From: Bacillota bacterium | GTDB lineage: Bacteria > Bacillota > Clostridia > Christensenellales > Aristaeellaceae | DNA: 64,000 nt | Reading direction: 5' to 3' | Assembly (NCBI GenBank): GCA_023459675.1 | Contig: JAEWTC010000088.1 | Location: forward strand, 1,157 to 65,156 | In this document: positions 8,889-16,713 of the stretch, piece after piece | Layout: the number at the start of each line of letters is the position of its first letter | Position numbering within the stretch: position 1 is the first letter of the stretch | Program-made: the position numbers and the translations under genes | The notes under the pieces: model-generated | Databases searched by the model: none | The model's input: the letters and a program-made list of their open reading frames with translations, nothing else | What the model was told of the DNA's origin: nothing

Positions 8889-9860
8889 TTACCGGTCCTC
8901 CCGGAAGTAGGGCAGCCCCAGGCTGGCGGGCGGAGAGTTTTCATGCCTGCGGCGCATGGAGACCACGATCAGCACGATGATGGTAACCACATAGGGAAGC
9001 ATCTTGAACAGCTCCTGCGACGAACGCGTAAGCCCGCCCATGTAGAAATACAGCCAGAACAGGGTGCCGAACAGGTACGAGCCCCAAACGGCGGACTTGG
9101 GTTTCCAGCGCGCGAAGATGACCAGCGCCACGGCAAGCCAGCCGAGCTTCTCAATGCCGCCGTCGTTGGACCAGGTGCCCTTGATGTAGTCCATCACGTA
9201 ATACAGGCCGCCCAGCCCCGTAATGGCCGCGCCGATGCAGGTGGACAGGTATTTGTAACGGATCACGCTGATGCCTGCGGCGTCGGCAGTCGCGGGGTTT
9301 TCCCCCACCGCGCGCAGATTGAGCCCCCGACGGGTTCTGGTTAAGAACCAGCTCAGCACGAATGCGAGCAGGATGGCCAGATACACCATGAAGCCGAGGG
9401 AAGAAAAGAAGCCGACGTTGGAAAGGAAGGGAAGCGTGGCGCGGTACGCGCCGCTGGTGGCGGATACGGAGATCTGGCCCACGCCGCCCGCCATTTTGTT
9501 CATCGCCCCGCCAAACAGGTTGGCAACGCCGGAGCCGAAGATCGTCAGCGTTAAGCCCGTTACGTTCTGGTTGGCCCTAAGCGTGATGGTGAGGAAGCTG
9601 TACAGAAACCCCGCGGCAACCGCCGCCGCCAACGCGCACAAAAGCGCGATCAGAAGCCCGATCAGCGGCACGGGAACGGCGGTATGCGTTTCGTACCAGA
9701 ACGCCCCGGCAAGCCCGGCAATGCCGCCCAGATACATGATGCCCGGCACGCCGAGGTTCAGGTTGCCGGATTTCTCGGTTAAAATCTCCCCCAGCGCGCC
9801 AAACAGGATCACCGTGCCGAACACCGTGGCCGCCTGCAGAAGGGAAATGAGCCGCACCAT
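8889..9860 (-). CDS. Nucleoside (BMP-family) ABC transporter permease
   Basis: 323-aa polytopic membrane protein, last gene of the BMP-ATPase-permease-permease operon. Confidence 0.85.
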   Translation of the reverse strand: MVRLISLLQAATVFGTVILFGALGEILTEKSGNLNLGVPGIMYLGGIAGLAGAFWYETHTAVPVPLIGLLIALLCALAAAVAAGFLYSFLTITLRANQNVTGLTLTIFGSGVANLFGGAMNKMAGGVGQISVSATSGAYRATLPFLSNVGFFSSLGFMVYLAILLAFVLSWFLTRTRRGLNLRAVGENPATADAAGISVIRYKYLSTCIGAAITGLGGLYYVMDYIKGTWSNDGGIEKLGWLAVALVIFARWKPKSAVWGSYLFGTLFWLYFYMGGLTRSSQELFKMLPYVVTIIVLIVVSMRRRHENSPPASLGLPYFREDR

Positions 9861-9861
9861 A

Positions 9862-10959
9862 TCAATCGCCGTCCTTTCCGCTGCGGAAGATGAGCCGGTA
9901 CCGCGTAAAGAACTCGCTGCCCAGAATGAAGAACAGGATGATGCCCGTAATCATCTGCGAAGCGTAATCGTTGAGGTTATACTGCGAGGCAATCTGGATG
10001 GCGCCCTTTTCCAGAAACACCAGGAGGGCCGCGATCAGCACCATCACAAGCGTGTTGAATTTCGCAAGCCACGCCACGATGATCGCGGTAAACCCGGCGC
10101 CGCCCGCGGTGCTTGTGGATATGGTGTGCGAAGCCCCGGCAACCGCGATAAACCCAGCAAGCCCGCAGATGGAGCCGGAAATCATCATCGTGCGGATGAT
10201 GACGCGGCCCACGTTGATGCCGATATAGCGCGCCGTTTTCTCGGACTCGCCCACGACCGCGATTTCATACCCCTGCTTGGAGTAGCGAAGGTAGATGAAC
10301 ATTAAAACCATCAACGCCATCACGATAATCACGTTGAGCACGTACCGCTGCCCGAATACGGCCGGAAACCAGCCCGCCATCGTTTGCTGGTTGATGATGC
10401 CCACCGTGTTGGAGCCAAACGGGTTTTCCCATTTGGCAACGAAGAAGCTCGTCAGCTGGATGGCGACGTAGTTCATCATCAGCGTAAACAGCGTTTCGTT
10501 GGTTCCGTAGCGCGCCTTGAACGCCGCGGGGATGCCGCCCCACACCGCCCCGGCGACGATGCTTGACAATAGCGACAGGCTGAGCAGCGCCCACGTCGGC
10601 AGGGAGCGTCCCAGGGTGATCATCACCGCCGCGGTCACGATGCCGCCCACCAAAATCTGCCCCTCCGCGCCGATGTTCCAAAACCGCATTTTAAACGCGG
10701 GCGCAAGGCCGATGCCGATGCAAAGCAGCATCATCATATCGCGCAGGGTAACCCAGGCGCGCTTTTCCGTTCCGAAGTTGCCGTTGAACATCGCCGCGTA
10801 AACCTTGATGGGGTTCAGGCGCACGATAAAGTAGATGACCACCGCGCTTACGATCAGCGCCAGGGTGAGCCCGGCCAAGCGGATCAGCCAGCCGTGCCAC
10901 AGCGCGATGGAATCGCGCTTGGCGATGCGTACCAGCGGCGTTCTATGCGTTTGCTTCAT
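9862..10959 (-). CDS. Nucleoside (BMP-family) ABC transporter permease
   Basis: 365-aa polytopic membrane protein. Overlaps the 3' end of the ATPase gene by 17 nt. Confidence 0.85.
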   Translation of the reverse strand: MKQTHRTPLVRIAKRDSIALWHGWLIRLAGLTLALIVSAVVIYFIVRLNPIKVYAAMFNGNFGTEKRAWVTLRDMMMLLCIGIGLAPAFKMRFWNIGAEGQILVGGIVTAAVMITLGRSLPTWALLSLSLLSSIVAGAVWGGIPAAFKARYGTNETLFTLMMNYVAIQLTSFFVAKWENPFGSNTVGIINQQTMAGWFPAVFGQRYVLNVIIVMALMVLMFIYLRYSKQGYEIAVVGESEKTARYIGINVGRVIIRTMMISGSICGLAGFIAVAGASHTISTSTAGGAGFTAIIVAWLAKFNTLVMVLIAALLVFLEKGAIQIASQYNLNDYASQMITGIILFFILGSEFFTRYRLIFRSGKDGD

Positions 10960-12493
10960 GGCTTGTGTCCTCTCCGCGCTTGGTCATCAGCAGCCCGATT
11001 TCGTTTTTATCGGCCGTCCGCCCAGGAACGATACCGCTGACCTCGCCGCCGCTCAATACCAAAATGGTGTCGCAAAGCTCCAGCAGCACATCCAGATCCT
11101 CGCCCACGAAAATCACGGCGACGCCCTTTTCCTTCTGCTTGTTGATGAGGTTGTAGATGGTATAGGACGAGTTGATGTCCAGCCCGCGCACGGCATAGGC
11201 GGTCATCAGCACCGTGGGCGAGGAGGAAATTTCCCGCCCGACCAGCACCTTTTGCACGTTGCCGCCGGAGAGCCTGCGCACCGGAATGGTGAGGCCGGGG
11301 GTATTGACCTCCAGTTCCTTCACCACGTGGCGGGCCAGCTTGCGCGGGGTTTTACGATCGGTGAAGATGGACTTTCCGCTGCGGAACGACCGCAGCATCA
11401 TATTATGGGTCAAATCCATGTTGCCGACCAGCCCCATACCCAGGCGATCCTCTGGCACGAAGGAGAGCATCACGCCCAGATCAAAAATCGTGCGGGGGTC
11501 TTTCCCGGCAAGTTCCACGGGCTTTTCCGTGGCCGGATTGATATACAGAATGCTGCCCTGCTCCATCGGCTGCAGACCGGCGATCGCCTCCAGCAGTTCC
11601 TTCTGGCCGCAGCCGGAAATCCCCGCGATGCCCAAAACCTCCCCGGAGTTGGCGGTGAAGGAAACGTTGCGCAGCCGGGTGACGCCGTCCGCGTCCTTCA
11701 CGGTGAGGTTTTTCACGATCAGGCGGGGCTGGGGGTTCACCGGCTCCGGCCTTACGATGTTGAGCGTCACGGGGTGGCCGACCATCATGTTGGTCATTTC
11801 CGCGGCGTTGGTTTCCTTCGTTGCCAGCTCGCCCGCGTTTTTGCCGCGGCGGAGCACCGAAACGCGGTCGGAAATCTCCTCCACCTCGTACAGCTTATGC
11901 GTAATGATGACGATGGCCTTTCCGTCGTCACGCAAATTCTTGAGCACCGTAAAGAGCTTCCTGGTTTCCTGCGGGGTCAGCACGGCGGTGGGTTCGTCCA
12001 AAATCAAAATGTTCGCGCCCCGGTACAGCACCTTGATGATTTCCACCGTCTGTTTCTGGGAAACGGACATATCGTAGATCTTCTGCTCGGGGTTAACGTC
12101 GAAGCCGTACATCGCGCTGATCTTGCGGATTTTCTCGCCGACGGCCTTCAAATCGAGCTTGCCTTTGCCCGGCATGCCCAGAATGATGTTTTCCGCGGCG
12201 GTGAGCACATCCACGAGCTTAAAATGCTGATGCACCATGCCGATGCCCAGGTCGTATACATCCCTGGGGCTTCGGATGGTCACCTCGGCGCCGTCCACCG
12301 TTACGTGGCCCGCGTCCGGATAATAGATACCGGACAGGATGTTCATCAGCGTGGTTTTCCCGCTGCCGTTTTCGCCCAGCAGCGCCAGAATTTCGCCCCT
12401 GTAGATGTCCAGGCTCACTTTTTCGTTGGCGGTTACCGAACCGAAGGCCTTCGTGATGTTACGAAGGCTGACCGCCGCCTTTTCCGATCGCAT
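10943..12493 (-). CDS. Nucleoside/sugar-type ABC transporter ATP-binding protein (two fused ATPase domains)
   Basis: ATG 12493 (MRSEKAAVSLRNITKAFG) with GGAGG ~9 nt upstream is preferred over track start 12553. Walker A GENGSGKTT plus a second degenerate NBD. Confidence 0.9.
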   Translation of the reverse strand: MRSEKAAVSLRNITKAFGSVTANEKVSLDIYRGEILALLGENGSGKTTLMNILSGIYYPDAGHVTVDGAEVTIRSPRDVYDLGIGMVHQHFKLVDVLTAAENIILGMPGKGKLDLKAVGEKIRKISAMYGFDVNPEQKIYDMSVSQKQTVEIIKVLYRGANILILDEPTAVLTPQETRKLFTVLKNLRDDGKAIVIITHKLYEVEEISDRVSVLRRGKNAGELATKETNAAEMTNMMVGHPVTLNIVRPEPVNPQPRLIVKNLTVKDADGVTRLRNVSFTANSGEVLGIAGISGCGQKELLEAIAGLQPMEQGSILYINPATEKPVELAGKDPRTIFDLGVMLSFVPEDRLGMGLVGNMDLTHNMMLRSFRSGKSIFTDRKTPRKLARHVVKELEVNTPGLTIPVRRLSGGNVQKVLVGREISSSPTVLMTAYAVRGLDINSSYTIYNLINKQKEKGVAVIFVGEDLDVLLELCDTILVLSGGEVSGIVPGRTADKNEIGLLMTKRGEDTSHEANA

Positions 12494-12521
12494 CGCAGCT
12501 GTTCCTCCAAATAATGGAAAG

Positions 12522-12722
12522 AGCCACCTGTGGCGGCTATCAGCCTGATGCAAAAGGCTGCGTCTGCGTTGTCACCTGCGCGCCGGCGCGGGGAGCGCGT
12601 ACATCCGTGTACGCTCAAACCCGCGCCAGGCTTGGTTCCTAGCATACGCAGCCTTTTGAACAGGTTGTCATCCCGCTTTCAAACTGGGTTTGTCGGCGGT
12701 CTGAGAGCCACTTGTAGCGGCT
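12522..12722 (-). other. Highly structured ~200-nt intercistronic element between the binding-protein gene and the ATPase gene
   Basis: Perfect 13-bp long-range inverted repeat CAAAAGGCTGCGT (12551-12563) / ACGCAGCCTTTTG (12646-12658). It encloses a nested GC-rich hairpin with core GCGTACA-tccg-TGTACGC (12597-12614). Two near-identical flanking hairpins sit at 12522-12538 and 12706-12722. Confidence 0.6.
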
Positions 12723-12753
12723 GTCTCCATTCGTTCGGGCAAACCGTACCCGT

Positions 12754-14103
12754 TTAGTTCAGTTCCGTAATGCCGTCGATGCGGAGGCCGAAGTAGGGAG
12801 CGCTGCGCAGCGTGGATTCGTGGAACACGCCGTCGCTGATCGCTTCGCCGGTATCTCCGGTCCAGTCCCCGTTGGTATCAATGGCAAGGTAGCTGGTCAC
12901 GGCCTGGCCGCCCACGGTGAAGGTGGCGGTGTCAAACACGTTCAGGGTGCCGGCCTTGAGGGCGGCTTCCACTTCGGCAACCTTCTCGGCGGTGCCGGGG
13001 GCGCAGCTTTCGCCCAGGGTGGAAATCATGACGGCGCCGTCGCTATAGCCTTTCGCCCAGTCGGTGGCAATTTCTTCGCCCTTGAGCATCGCATTGAAGG
13101 CATAGGTGTAATACACGCTCCAGTCGTTCTGCGCGCTGGTGAGGGCGGCTTTGGGGGCGACGGAGAGCATATCCACGTTGTAGCCTACGCAGTACACGGT
13201 GGTGCCGCCGGCAAGGAGCGCTTCACAGGCAGCGGGAGCGCCGGTGGAGTCGGCATGCTGGCTGATGATGATGCAGCCGGAGGAAACCAGCGCGTTGGCG
13301 GCTTCGGCTTCGGCGGTGGGATCATACCAGGAGTTGGTGTAGGAGACGCTCATCACAACGTTGGGCACGACGGATTTTACGCCAAGGTAGAAACCGGTAT
13401 AGCCGGAAACCACTTCCGCGTACGGGAACGCGCCGACGTAGCCAAGCTTGATGTTGCCGGCGGCGTCCATGTTCTGGGGGCCAACCGCTTTGTCCGCAAC
13501 GAGCTGGGCCAGTTTCATGCCGGCAACCACGCCGGACACGTAACGGCTTTCATAGGTGAAGTTGAAGGCGTTCTTGAAGTTGGGCAGCTTGGAGAGCGCG
13601 GCGGCGTCGCCGGTCATGGCGATGAACACGGTACCCGGGTTCTCGCTGGCGGCCTGCTGCATGTAGCTCTGGTGGCCATAGCTGTCGGAAATGACGTAGC
13701 CGCAGCCCTGTTCCACAAGGTCGGTCGCGGTATCGTAGCAGTTTTCATCTTCGGAAATGTTGTATTTCCAAATGATCTGGTCTTCGGCAATGCCAACCGC
13801 CGCTGCGGCCGCTTTGATGCCCTGGATATGCGCAAAATCGTAGCCAGTGTTCTCGTCATGCACCAGAATAACGCCGATTTTCACGGGAGCGGCGGCTGCG
13901 GGTACGGCCGTCGGTTCTGCCGTGGGTGCGGCCGTCGGTTCTGCCGTCGGTTCCGCGGTGGGTTCGGCCGTCGGTTCGGCGGTCGGCTCTGCCGTCGGTT
14001 CCGCGGTAGCCGTTACTGCCGGTTCCGTTGTGGTGGTTGTGTTACAGGCGGTGAACACAAACACCATGGACACAGCGAGAAGCAACACGATGATCTTTTT
14101 CAT
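12754..14103 (-). CDS. BMP-family (PnrA-like) ABC transporter substrate-binding lipoprotein
   Basis: Signal peptide plus lipobox (VFVFTAC), then a repetitive linker, then a BMP/PnrA-like domain (GYVGAFPYAEVVSGYTGFYLGVKSV). RBS GGAGG before ATG 14103. Confidence 0.9.
   Translation of the reverse strand: MKKIIVLLLAVSMVFVFTACNTTTTTEPAVTATAEPTAEPTAEPTAEPTAEPTAEPTAAPTAEPTAVPAAAAPVKIGVILVHDENTGYDFAHIQGIKAAAAAVGIAEDQIIWKYNISEDENCYDTATDLVEQGCGYVISDSYGHQSYMQQAASENPGTVFIAMTGDAAALSKLPNFKNAFNFTYESRYVSGVVAGMKLAQLVADKAVGPQNMDAAGNIKLGYVGAFPYAEVVSGYTGFYLGVKSVVPNVVMSVSYTNSWYDPTAEAEAANALVSSGCIIISQHADSTGAPAACEALLAGGTTVYCVGYNVDMLSVAPKAALTSAQNDWSVYYTYAFNAMLKGEEIATDWAKGYSDGAVMISTLGESCAPGTAEKVAEVEAALKAGTLNVFDTATFTVGGQAVTSYLAIDTNGDWTGDTGEAISDGVFHESTLRSAPYFGLRIDGITELN
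13900..14025 (-). repeat. In-frame 12-bp tandem repeat encoding an (AEPT)n linker
   Basis: Protein residues 27-68: EPAVTATAEPTAEPTAEPTAEPTAEPTAEPTAAPTAEPTAVP. The plus strand shows repeated GCCGTCGGTTC(T/C/G) units. Confidence 0.9.
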
Positions 14104-14277
14104 TTTCCATCCTCCACTTTTTGTCTATATAGGTTGCATGTGCAAGGATACCCGAAGGGCTGCTCCGCCTGCGCGGTTTGGCGGGGTTTCCGCAAGCAAC
14201 GCGGGCCTGAAACGCCGGAAGGAAGGGGTGCGCGGGCGGACGTGAAGAAAGGCACTGTTACAGAGATTACCGTTATC

Positions 14278-14306
14278 AAGATACTGTGTTTATATAGGTT
14301 TGTCAA
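14278..14306 (-). promoter_or_regulatory. Candidate promoter of the nucleoside ABC operon
   Basis: On the minus strand: TTGACA (14306-14301), 17-nt spacer, TATCTT (14283-14278). The -10 is weak. Leaves a ~165-nt leader. Confidence 0.4.
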
Positions 14307-14524
14307 TACTATATGTAACAATCGGCAGAGTGCCACAAGAAGGCGCGGAGCTTTTGCACAGGCTGAACCAAGCCGTTACCGCAGCCCCGTTTTACGGAGC
14401 AAACCGCGCGGGAAGGCCGCCCACGCGCGTTTGCCGGCAGCCCCGATTTGCTTTGCCAAACCCGGCGGCGCGGCGCGCACGGCGAAGGCGCGCCGGAGGA
14501 TCCGCCGACGGCCGAAACCGGAAC

Positions 14525-14556
14525 AAAAAAAATACAGCGCGCATGAAGCGCGCCGT
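14525..14556 (-). terminator. Rho-independent terminator of guaA
   Basis: Minus strand: ACGGCGCGC-ttcat-GCGCGCTGT followed by ATTTTTTTTG. Confidence 0.8.
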
Positions 14557-14580
14557 ATGACAAAACGGAACCCGTACCGC

Positions 14581-16128
14581 TTACTCCCACTCGATGCTGG
14601 CCGGGGGCTTGGTGGTGATATCGTAGAGAACGCGGTTCACGCCGTGTACCTCGCCCACGATGCGGGTGGCGATTTTGCCCAGGGTGGCGTAGGGAATCTG
14701 GGCGACGTCGGCGGTCATGAAATCATCGGTGGTTACGGCGCGGATGGCGACGGCGTAGGCATAGGTGCGCTCGTCCCCCATCACGCCCACGCTGCGGGCG
14801 CCGGTGAGCACCGTGAAGTACTGGGAGATGCCACGGTCAAGGCCCGCTTTGGCAATTTCGTTGCGCAGGATGAAATCGCTCTTGCGGACAATTTCCACTT
14901 TTTCGGGGGTCAGATCGCCGATCACGCGGATGGCAAGGCCGGGGCCGGGGAACGGCTGGCGCATGACCAAAGTTTCCGGCAGGCCTAACGCCACGCCCAG
15001 CTTGCGGACCTCGTCCTTAAACAGCATCCGCAGCGGCTCCACCAGGCTGGTGAAGCCCAGCTCCGCGGGCAGGCCGCCGACGTTGTGATGGCTCTTGATC
15101 ACGGCGCTGCCCTTGGTGGAGCCGGATTCGATCACGTCCGGGTAGATGGTGCCCTGGGCAAAGAAATCTCGCTTGCCCAGTTTGGCCGCTTCGCGCTTGA
15201 ATACCTCCACAAACTGTGCGCCGATGATCTTGCGCTTCTGTTCGGGTTCGGTTACGCCCTTGAGCGCGGCGAAAAACTGTTCGGCAGCCTGCACGTGCAC
15301 CAGCTGCACGGGGAAGGTTTGCGTAAATAGCTCCACCACCTGATCGCTCTCGCCCTGCCGCATGAAGCCGTGATCCACGTACACGCAGGTAAGCCGGTGC
15401 CCGATGGCGCGGTACAAAAGCGCCGCGGCCACGGCGGAATCCACGCCGCCGCTTAACCCGAGCAGCACCGTGCCTGTATCCCCCACCTGCGCCTGCAGCT
15501 GGCGGACGGCGGTTTCGGCATAGTTTTCCATATTCCAGTCGGCGCGCAGGCCGCAGATGTTCAGCAGGAAATTCTTCAGTACCCGGTACCCTTCCTCGGT
15601 ATGCGTGACCTCCGGGTGGAACTGCACGCCGTAAATTTTTCGGGCGTCGTCCGCCATGGCGGCGTTGGGGCAGCAATCGGTATGGGCAAGCCGCTGGAAC
15701 CCTTCGGGGAGGCCGACCACCTGGTAGGTATGGCTCATCCAGCAGCAGCTCGCGTCGGCAAGCCCGTCCAGCAGGCCTTCCTCGCGTTTGTCCATCACGG
15801 TGGGGATGCGTCCGTACTCGCGCTGATCGCAGGCCGCAACCTGCCCGTTCAGAAGATAGGCGGTCAGCTGCATGCCGTAGCAGATACCCAGCACCGGGAC
15901 GCCAAGGGAGAACAGCGCCGGATCGCACTTGGGTGCGTCGGCAGCCAAAACGCTTGCCGGGCCGCCCGAGAGAATAATGCCCCCGGGTTCCTTCTCCTGA
16001 ATTTCCGCAAGGGAAGCCGTGTACGGAAGAACAATGGAGAAAACACCGATTTCGCGGACACGGCGGGCGATCAGCTGTGTGTATTGGGCCCCGAAATCCA
16101 GAATGACGACGCATTGCGGTTTGGCCAT
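14581..16128 (-). CDS. guaA: GMP synthase (glutamine-hydrolysing)
   Basis: 515 aa. GATase domain (ILDFGAQYTQLIARRVRE, GICYGMQ), ATP-PPase motif GLSGGVDS, conserved C-terminus TIEWE. RBS AAGGAGG. Confidence 0.95.
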   Translation of the reverse strand: MAKPQCVVILDFGAQYTQLIARRVREIGVFSIVLPYTASLAEIQEKEPGGIILSGGPASVLAADAPKCDPALFSLGVPVLGICYGMQLTAYLLNGQVAACDQREYGRIPTVMDKREEGLLDGLADASCCWMSHTYQVVGLPEGFQRLAHTDCCPNAAMADDARKIYGVQFHPEVTHTEEGYRVLKNFLLNICGLRADWNMENYAETAVRQLQAQVGDTGTVLLGLSGGVDSAVAAALLYRAIGHRLTCVYVDHGFMRQGESDQVVELFTQTFPVQLVHVQAAEQFFAALKGVTEPEQKRKIIGAQFVEVFKREAAKLGKRDFFAQGTIYPDVIESGSTKGSAVIKSHHNVGGLPAELGFTSLVEPLRMLFKDEVRKLGVALGLPETLVMRQPFPGPGLAIRVIGDLTPEKVEIVRKSDFILRNEIAKAGLDRGISQYFTVLTGARSVGVMGDERTYAYAVAIRAVTTDDFMTADVAQIPYATLGKIATRIVGEVHGVNRVLYDITTKPPASIEWE

Positions 16129-16216
16129 GGGCGCCTCCTTACAGTCGATGGGTACCGTTATATTTTGCCATAAACAGCGCTTCCCCGCAAGAGGGAGCGG
16201 GGACGCACGGTTTATA

Positions 16217-16245
16217 TTGACGCAAACGGGGCGGATGCGTATAAT
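16217..16245 (+). promoter_or_regulatory. Promoter upstream of the small membrane ORF / secDF
   Basis: TTGACG (16217-16222), 17-nt spacer, TATAAT (16240-16245). Confidence 0.55.
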
Positions 16246-16272
16246 GAGTTCAGTTTTCTATAGGGAAGGGGG

Positions 16273-16620
16273 ATGCGCGTGAGCCGCCGCTATATTGTTG
16301 TGTTCATAACGCTTCTCCTTTGCGCGGGGCTGCTTTTTTTGCTGTACGCGCTGATTGAAACCCCCGCGCCGGAGGCTGAGGCGGCGGAACCGCCCGCGGC
16401 TCACGGCGTTACGGCGTTCGTCAGCATGCCCCCCGCCCCGACGACGGCGGACGGGCTTCCGGCCGCGGCATGGCTGCGGGTTGCCGCGCTGTTTGCGGCA
16501 GTCGTCGTTTTGCTTCCCCGCCTGCTCTGCACCACCGACGCCAACGGGCGCGTACTGCGCAAACGGCGGTACGTGCGCTGTTTTCATCTCGTATTCAGGC
16601 AGGAGATCGCCTGCGGCTAA
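16273..16620 (+). CDS. Hypothetical small membrane protein (115 aa)
   Basis: ATG 16273 after a GGGAAGGGGG purine tract, 28 nt downstream of a good promoter. Two hydrophobic segments and a Pro/Ala-rich middle. No family recognised; could be spurious in GC-rich DNA. Confidence 0.4.
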   Translation: MRVSRRYIVVFITLLLCAGLLFLLYALIETPAPEAEAAEPPAAHGVTAFVSMPPAPTTADGLPAAAWLRVAALFAAVVVLLPRLLCTTDANGRVLRKRRYVRCFHLVFRQEIACG

Positions 16621-16713
16621 ATCCATATCCAAATTCAGGTTATCCGGGAGTGCGCGTGCCTGCCCTCTCTTTGGTTTGGCGCGCGAAACAAAAGAAAGGA
16701 AGAGACTGCAACC

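Noticed and set aside
12522-12722. A stand-alone small RNA gene (e.g. 6S-like) in the structured gap of the nucleoside ABC operon.
   Set aside because: It lies between two co-oriented, closely spaced cistrons of one operon, with no promoter or terminator of its own. I saw no match to conserved cores of 6S, SRP, RNase P or tmRNA anywhere in the window. An intercistronic mRNA element is the simpler reading.
12820-14988. Very long ORFs antisense to well-supported genes. Examples: 12820..14988 (722 aa), 1576..3099, 10835..12514, 16849..18180, 18050..19015, 19576..20775, 30328..31704, 32508..33551, 37436..38569, 39413..40636, 49097..50185, 53910..55871.
   Set aside because: Each lies opposite a gene with clear family motifs. 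Their translations are Arg/Gly/Ala/His-rich low-complexity strings without motifs, RBS or sensible starts. These are typical shadow ORFs of ~60% GC DNA, where stop codons are rare.
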